64,000 bases of DNA from Planctomycetota bacterium (GTDB lineage: Bacteria > Planctomycetota > B15-G4): assembly GCA_965248575.1 (NCBI GenBank), contig CBDFJQ010000002.1:3456001-3520000 (forward strand), written 5' to 3'. Below are positions 58,705-64,000 of the stretch, piece by piece; the stretch's first letter is position 1, and each line of letters starts with the position of its first letter. Below the pieces are notes generated by a model, which saw only the letters and a list, made by a program, of their open reading frames with translations, ran no database searches and had not been told where the DNA came from. The translations under genes were made by a program, and so were the position numbers.

Positions 58705-59637
58705 GTGGCCGTGCGATTCACCAAAGTCGAGGGAGCCGGAAACGACTACGTCCTGGTCGATGTCTTTGACCAGCTGATCGAGGATCCGGCGGCACTTTCG
58801 CGCCGGGTGTCAGACCGGCACCGAGGGATCGGCTCAGACGGCCTGCTGCTCGTGGGGCACTCGACGGCGGAGGTTGCCGGCCATGCCCTGGGTGCGGCCT
58901 CGCAATCCGTGGCAGTGCCCGTCGCTCGCATGCGCATCTTCAATGCCGATGGCAGTGAGGGCCAGATGTGTGGCAACGGACTGCGCTGCGTCGTGCGGTA
59001 TCTGCTGGAGAGTGGGCGTGTTCCTGCGGGCGAGGTGTTGCTGGAGACGGCGTCCGGGATCTTGCGCTCCAGGGTCGACCCAGAGGGTTCTGTAGAGGTG
59101 GACATGGGGTGTCCGAGCTTCCTCCCGGACTCTCTGCCCTGTGATCTTCCCGACGAGGGTGGGGGCGCGTTGCCAGCTGTCCATCCGCTGCCCCCGGGCT
59201 TGGAGGGACAAGCCGAGGGTGCCTACGCTGTATCGACGGGCAATCCCCATCTCGTGCTCCGGGTGAAAGACCTCGTGGCCTTCGATCTGGCCCGTCATGG
59301 CAAATCCTTGCAGGCCTCACCAAGGCTGGGCCAGGGTGCGAACGTCCACGCGGTGCAGATGGGGCCGTCCGACACGCCGCTGCCCACGCTCATCGCGCGC
59401 CCATGGGAGCGCGGTTCAGGTGCGACCCAGGCTTGTGGAACTGGTGCGGTGGCCATCGCGGCAGTGGCTCGGGCGCTCGGCTGGGTGCCCGGCGCCGAGC
59501 TGACCATCCGCATGCCGGGCGGTGAGCTCGGAGTCCGTTGGGATGAGAACGCCCACGCATGGCTCTCGGGCCCCGCCGAATTGGTGTTCCAGGGAGAATG
59601 GCCCGTGGTGAGACCGCTGAAGGGCACGAACTCATGA
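58705..59637 (+). CDS. dapF: Diaminopimelate epimerase
   Basis: GAGNDY, GIGSDG, NADGSEGQMCGNG, GNPH, WERGSGATQACGTG. Confidence 0.95.
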   Translation: MAVRFTKVEGAGNDYVLVDVFDQLIEDPAALSRRVSDRHRGIGSDGLLLVGHSTAEVAGHALGAASQSVAVPVARMRIFNADGSEGQMCGNGLRCVVRYLLESGRVPAGEVLLETASGILRSRVDPEGSVEVDMGCPSFLPDSLPCDLPDEGGGALPAVHPLPPGLEGQAEGAYAVSTGNPHLVLRVKDLVAFDLARHGKSLQASPRLGQGANVHAVQMGPSDTPLPTLIARPWERGSGATQACGTGAVAIAAVARALGWVPGAELTIRMPGGELGVRWDENAHAWLSGPAELVFQGEWPVVRPLKGTNS

Positions 59638-62405
59638 TCTCCGTGATGGCAGTGTCCCTCGCGGTGCTGCTCGGGCATTGGTTGCTCGACGGCGCGCGCT
59701 TGGAATTGGGGTTGGCTGTGGCGACGACGGCTCCCGCGCTGTTTGTCTCGGCGGTGGGCTTGGGTTTGCTGGCTCGGGTGCGTTTGCACTTCCTCGCTTA
59801 TGGGCTCTTGTTGGCGGTGCTAATTGTCGTGCGCGGGCTGTTGGCTGAGCTCGGCGCAGCCTGCTCGTCCGGCGACGCCGCGCCCCATGTGGCAGCGGCC
59901 TTTTCCCTCGTCCCCTTGGGCTTCGTGCTTGGCCGCGTGCTCTCGCCTCTTACCCAGGGTGGCGGTCTCTGCCTGTGTCTGGGTTGGGTGTTGGGGGAGT
60001 TCGCGGTTCTCGCTGGCGCCGTCGCCTACCTGCCGGGCTTGCCCACCGGGCTGCTGTTTGCAGCGGCCTTCGCGGGTCTCGCCGAGCTGGGACGAGGGCG
60101 CCGGGAGCATCGGGACGATGGAGCTGATCGTCCGGTTGGGCTGGGCTGGGAGGCGCTGCCCTTCGGCTTCGCCATGGGCGTCGCCTGGCTCAGCCTGCAG
60201 CGCGTCGTTCCGGCCTATGTGACGCCGCCGCTGCACGCAGGCTCAGAAGTGGTCTTGTCCCTGGCCCTGCCCGCGCTACTCGTGGCCTGGCCTGCCAAGG
60301 TGCTGTCGGACGGCAAGGTCGCTCGTCGGGTCGTTCGGGGCGTGGGCTTTCTCGCGCTCGGCTATGCCCTGTGGAAGCTCGCCGGTTCCTTGGGGCTGTA
60401 CCAGCTGAGCAGGCCCTATCTCGCGGTGCACACGGAGATCCGACAGACGGCTGTGCGCTGGGGAGCGCCCGTGACCGAGTGGCGCGGCTGGTTGCTGGTC
60501 TTTGCCGGATTGCCAGCGGCTGGGCTCGGTGTGGTCTTGGGCACGTTGGGCAAGTTCGCTCGAGCGCCTTTCGTACTCGGCCTGGCCCTCGCCTTCGCGT
60601 CGGCTTCCTGGCTGCATTGGGAAGCGGCGCTCGGGCCCCAACAGCTGATCGTTGCTGCGGCCGGTGTGGCCGCCGTGGCAGCCGTTGGCGCCTGGAATCG
60701 ATGGGCGCTCGTGTTGGTCCCAGCCGGCGTGATGGCGGTCGCGCTTTTTCCGATCGACCAGCGGGCAACCTTCGAAACCGTGCGGCGGATCGGTGAGCCG
60801 GGCGTGGAATCGTGGAGCCGGGATGTCTTGGCGGACGTCCTTGTGTTCTCCAGCGGTGGACCCGAAATCGCTGCGCTGCAATCCCGTCGGGCCTATGGGA
60901 CGACGTTCACGGACCGGGAGTCGTTGGGTGAGGTGAAGGAGCTGCTGGGCGAACCCTGGTCAAAGGGTCACGAGCATTCGTTGGAGGTGGAACCTGCCGC
61001 TCAGTCGGATGTCCCACCGTTGTTGGCTAGGCCTACGGAGTTTGACGACTCGGCTGACGCTGACATGGAGGCGATGACGGACTGGAAGTACGGGCTTCGA
61101 TTCGCGGGTGTGCCAGCCCATGCGGGTCACGACCCCCTGGGCCCCGAGGGATCCCTCGGGCGACTCCAACGCCTGTTCGCCCGACCCGGCCCATGCTTCA
61201 TCGCAGGAGTGGGCGCCGAGCTCCCAGCCGCGGATTTGCTGGATGCCGGGCTGGCGCTGCCGGCGATTTGCGCGAGCCCGCTTCCCATGGGGCTACGCAA
61301 CCAGCGGGTGTTGTTTGCGCAGAGCGGCTCCAAGGGATTCGGGCTGGAAGTCCGACCCCAGGTGTTGCGTGCAGCTTCAGTTGCCCTCGACGGCAGTCAT
61401 TCCACTGTCGTGATCGCGCCCGAACAGTCGGGCTGGCCCGGCGCCGGCATGGTCTTCACCCAGGAGTCGATGCGGCGCTGGCGAGCACTCCTGGCGCCCG
61501 GTGGCCGCTGCCTGGCGTGGTTGGACACAGGCTCACTGGATGCCCGCTCGCTTGCGGCCCGGGTGGCCGCTTTCGGGGCCGCCTTTGGCACCCAGTCTGC
61601 GGCTTTCCTGGAGATGAGGGGGCTCGACGCGCCCTTCCTGTTGCTCCTGGGTTGGGCGGATGCCGCCGGACAGCCGGACGCTGATGAGCTGCTGGCCCGA
61701 CTGCCCGGGGCGGATCGCACAGGTCGACGCACACGGCTTCGAAGCATGAACGACCTGGCGGCCATGTTGATCCTGGATGGAGAAGGCGTGCGCTCGGTCA
61801 CAGGTTCTTCGAGCGCTCATTCCCGTTCGACCCCGAGGGACCCGGGAGCTTTTTCGGGAAGGGGTTGGAGCGCGGTACACGCGCTGGCCGAACACAGTCG
61901 CCAACTCCACACGGTGGTGACCGGACTGCGCGCCGGGGAAGTGAACGTTCCTGGTCCTGATGCGGAGAGCTTCAAAGCTGCCACGACGCAGCTTCTGAAG
62001 GGCCTGCGGCTTCACTCGCGCTACACCTACGAGCTGTCGGCACTGAGCGGCGCCATGCTCATCGAAGTCGTGGACGATGTGGAGTGGGAGGCCTTCGAGC
62101 GGGAGGTCGAAGCCTACGTCCAGGCAGCGGATCGTGCGCCGGAACATCCCTTGCTGCAGTACGCCTTGGCCGAGCTGTTGGCTCCCTTGGCGGCGGTTGG
62201 GGATTCAACGCGCTTTGCTGGGGTGTTCCAGGCCGTGGGGGCCGAGCGCATGCAGAGCTGGCGGCTCGCTGCCCTGGAAGCCCACGTCCGGCGAGAGGGT
62301 CTGCAAGACGTGGAAGCCGACGCGGCGTTGGAACGCGCCCGCCTCTTGGCGGACTGGGCGCCACAGGGGCTGACCGACTCGCCGGGCGAAGACCACGATC
62401 ACTGA
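59634..62405 (+). CDS. Large polytopic membrane protein with degenerate spermidine-synthase/SAM-fold-like soluble domain
   Basis: About 12 TM segments, then GAGMVFTQE...RALLAPGGRCLAWL...FGAAF pattern and a helical tail; ATGA overlap with dapF. Confidence 0.6.
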   Translation: MISVMAVSLAVLLGHWLLDGARLELGLAVATTAPALFVSAVGLGLLARVRLHFLAYGLLLAVLIVVRGLLAELGAACSSGDAAPHVAAAFSLVPLGFVLGRVLSPLTQGGGLCLCLGWVLGEFAVLAGAVAYLPGLPTGLLFAAAFAGLAELGRGRREHRDDGADRPVGLGWEALPFGFAMGVAWLSLQRVVPAYVTPPLHAGSEVVLSLALPALLVAWPAKVLSDGKVARRVVRGVGFLALGYALWKLAGSLGLYQLSRPYLAVHTEIRQTAVRWGAPVTEWRGWLLVFAGLPAAGLGVVLGTLGKFARAPFVLGLALAFASASWLHWEAALGPQQLIVAAAGVAAVAAVGAWNRWALVLVPAGVMAVALFPIDQRATFETVRRIGEPGVESWSRDVLADVLVFSSGGPEIAALQSRRAYGTTFTDRESLGEVKELLGEPWSKGHEHSLEVEPAAQSDVPPLLARPTEFDDSADADMEAMTDWKYGLRFAGVPAHAGHDPLGPEGSLGRLQRLFARPGPCFIAGVGAELPAADLLDAGLALPAICASPLPMGLRNQRVLFAQSGSKGFGLEVRPQVLRAASVALDGSHSTVVIAPEQSGWPGAGMVFTQESMRRWRALLAPGGRCLAWLDTGSLDARSLAARVAAFGAAFGTQSAAFLEMRGLDAPFLLLLGWADAAGQPDADELLARLPGADRTGRRTRLRSMNDLAAMLILDGEGVRSVTGSSSAHSRSTPRDPGAFSGRGWSAVHALAEHSRQLHTVVTGLRAGEVNVPGPDAESFKAATTQLLKGLRLHSRYTYELSALSGAMLIEVVDDVEWEAFEREVEAYVQAADRAPEHPLLQYALAELLAPLAAVGDSTRFAGVFQAVGAERMQSWRLAALEAHVRREGLQDVEADAALERARLLADWAPQGLTDSPGEDHDH

Positions 62406-62406
62406 G

Positions 62407-63117
62407 TCAGGCGCGCAACTCGATGACGGCCTCGCTCAACTCGCGCAGCTCCTCGCCGGGAGCGCGGGCCACCAGACGGATCCGGTAGTGGCCGTGGTTC
62501 TGGGGAGCGAAAGCCATGGGTGAGCCGTTGTAGGGCCGCTTCTCGCGTGGGGCACCATCGACCTCGAGCACCACGGAGGCGATCTCGCCAGCGTGGACCG
62601 GCGGGGGTTCGTTGCCACAAACCTGGAGGCGAACCTGGCCATCCGGTTGCAGCCGAATCTGGAGCTCGTCGATGCCTTGGCCGGGGCCGTCGATGGCAAT
62701 CACCTCTGGCGCGACGGACTCCGATGAGGAGCCCGCTTCGCTGCGTCGCAAACCACCGAGGGCAGCTGCGGGCTGGAGGTCTGCTTCACCGTCGGCGCGC
62801 TCCATGAGGGAGCGGACGGTGACTTCGAGGGGGTTCAGGAGCTCGAGGCCTCGTTGCAGAACCCTGGCCACCAGGGAGACCCGGGGCGTGGCGAGAGGCG
62901 CGGGCAGCGACAGGTCCACCACGGCCTTGATGAGCATGTGGCAATCGCCGCAGCTGAGGGCGTGCTCTTCGACGCCGCGCTTTTCCGTTGCCGTGAGGGC
63001 TTCGTCGACGTAACCAGCGAGAAGTCCATCCGAGGGACAGTGGGGCCCAGGTTCCGGGGAGAGGGACCGGGAGCCAGCCGTCGCAAAGGCGGTGTCGAGC
63101 AGGTTGTGCTTCTTCAT
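62407..63117 (-). CDS. Zinc-finger (zf-HC2) anti-sigma-like protein, no TM helix
   Basis: HCP...LAGYVDEAL...EEHALSCGDC (HxxxCxxC); downstream of a sigma factor. Confidence 0.8.
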   Translation of the reverse strand: MKKHNLLDTAFATAGSRSLSPEPGPHCPSDGLLAGYVDEALTATEKRGVEEHALSCGDCHMLIKAVVDLSLPAPLATPRVSLVARVLQRGLELLNPLEVTVRSLMERADGEADLQPAAALGGLRRSEAGSSSESVAPEVIAIDGPGQGIDELQIRLQPDGQVRLQVCGNEPPPVHAGEIASVVLEVDGAPREKRPYNGSPMAFAPQNHGHYRIRLVARAPGEELRELSEAVIELRA

Positions 63118-63232
63118 GGAGAGTCCTCACGATCTGCGGGAGACGGAACAGTCGTTGAGGCGGCAGACGGACCGGGCAGAGCGTTCTGACAGGCAGAGGC
63201 CAGGAGCTTGGGGAGAGATGTGGAAATCCTGC

Positions 63233-64000
63233 TCATGGAAGAACCTTCTCAGCCAGCTCCTGGAGCACTGATTCGCAGATCTCCGGGACCGGCTCCCCAC
63301 CGGCCAAACGGCCGATTTCAGCTGCTGTGCAGCGAAAATGGGGGTATTCGAGCAAGACCAGGCCCACCAGGGCACGGTGCTTGGAAGCTGGCTGAAGTAG
63401 GGCTTTGCGAAGGGTGGGTTGAGGAACGACCAGCAGATCTCTCAAGAGATCCCGGATCGGCACTGTCATGACCTCTGGGTCAGGGTCTCGCCGTGCCTTG
63501 GAATAGGCCCCATCGGCGAAGCGCTGGGTCATCTGGTCCTTCGCGCGCTTGTAGAGGGCGTCGATGTTGGCTCTGGAGGTGTCCATGACCTCGGCCACCT
63601 GCTCGCGGGTGATGGCCCTAAACACCCAGAGCACCACCGAGATGCGCTTCCAATCGAGGCCGAAAAGCAGGTTGTGGAAGATGTCGAGCTCTTCTTGCTC
63701 GAGGCTCTCCCCCACCGGTCCGATGGCCTTGGGGTCCGCGACGTCCATCTCCATCTCGTCGTCGTCGGTGCTGATCTGCCCGCGGCCCCTGGGGTGGCGC
63801 TTCCACTTGCGCAGCTCGTCCAGGGCGAAGCGAGTGGTCACGATCTGCAGGAAGGTGGCCACAGAGCAGTTGTTACGCCCCTCGTAGGAGCGCAGCCGGT
63901 GGTAGTCCCGGTGGGTCAGGGCGACGACGAAGGACTGGTAGATGTCCTCCATGTAGTCCCGAGGAAACCCGAATCCCTTGCCGTAGAGCACCGAGAACAC
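63233..64000 (-). CDS. ECF-type sigma factor with C-terminal extension, 5'-partial
   Basis: EDIYQSFVV...LRSYEGRNNCSVATFL...LDELRK (region 2) and EQVAEVM....NIDALYKRAK (region 4); frame open at the window end. Confidence 0.75.
   Translation of the reverse strand: MFSVLYGKGFGFPRDYMEDIYQSFVVALTHRDYHRLRSYEGRNNCSVATFLQIVTTRFALDELRKWKRHPRGRGQISTDDDEMEMDVADPKAIGPVGESLEQEELDIFHNLLFGLDWKRISVVLWVFRAITREQVAEVMDTSRANIDALYKRAKDQMTQRFADGAYSKARRDPDPEVMTVPIRDLLRDLLVVPQPTLRKALLQPASKHRALVGLVLLEYPHFRCTAAEIGRLAGGEPVPEICESVLQELAEKVLP

Overview
High-GC bacterial chromosomal window that very likely spans the replication origin: parB with a near-perfect parS, dnaA-dnaN-DUF721(dciA)-gyrB, an AT-rich patch between dnaA and dnaN, and a qualitative C-rich to G-rich switch on the + strand. 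Gene content (LepB with a large insertion, a big exported protein fused to a pseudopilin head, several ECF sigma/anti-sigma modules, Kdo/Lpt genes) suggests a diderm of the Planctomycetota/PVC type; this is inference. About 53 CDSs are supported, mostly housekeeping (purF, pyrB/I/F, hemW, bshA/B1/C, kdsC/D, lptD, scpA, trxA, fmt, rsmB, mgtE, lepB, dapF). I saw no rRNA, tRNA, CRISPR array or mobile element. Most interesting: (1) a ~890-aa membrane-anchored protein of four tandem LptC/LptA-like repeats between kdsC and lptD, a possible single-chain extended LPS bridge; (2) a YbjN-like chaperone coupled to a ClpA-like ATPase with a degenerate first ring, a possible new adaptor-unfoldase pair; (3) an atypical origin with a 13-bp tandem array in the dnaA leader and no perfect DnaA boxes; (4) a 430-aa HPr fusion beside parS/parB with no parA; (5) a bacillithiol operon headed by a sigma factor; (6) a four-hairpin spacer between an ArsR gene and a small Zn-ribbon gene. 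All calls come from reading motifs by eye; no database searches were run.
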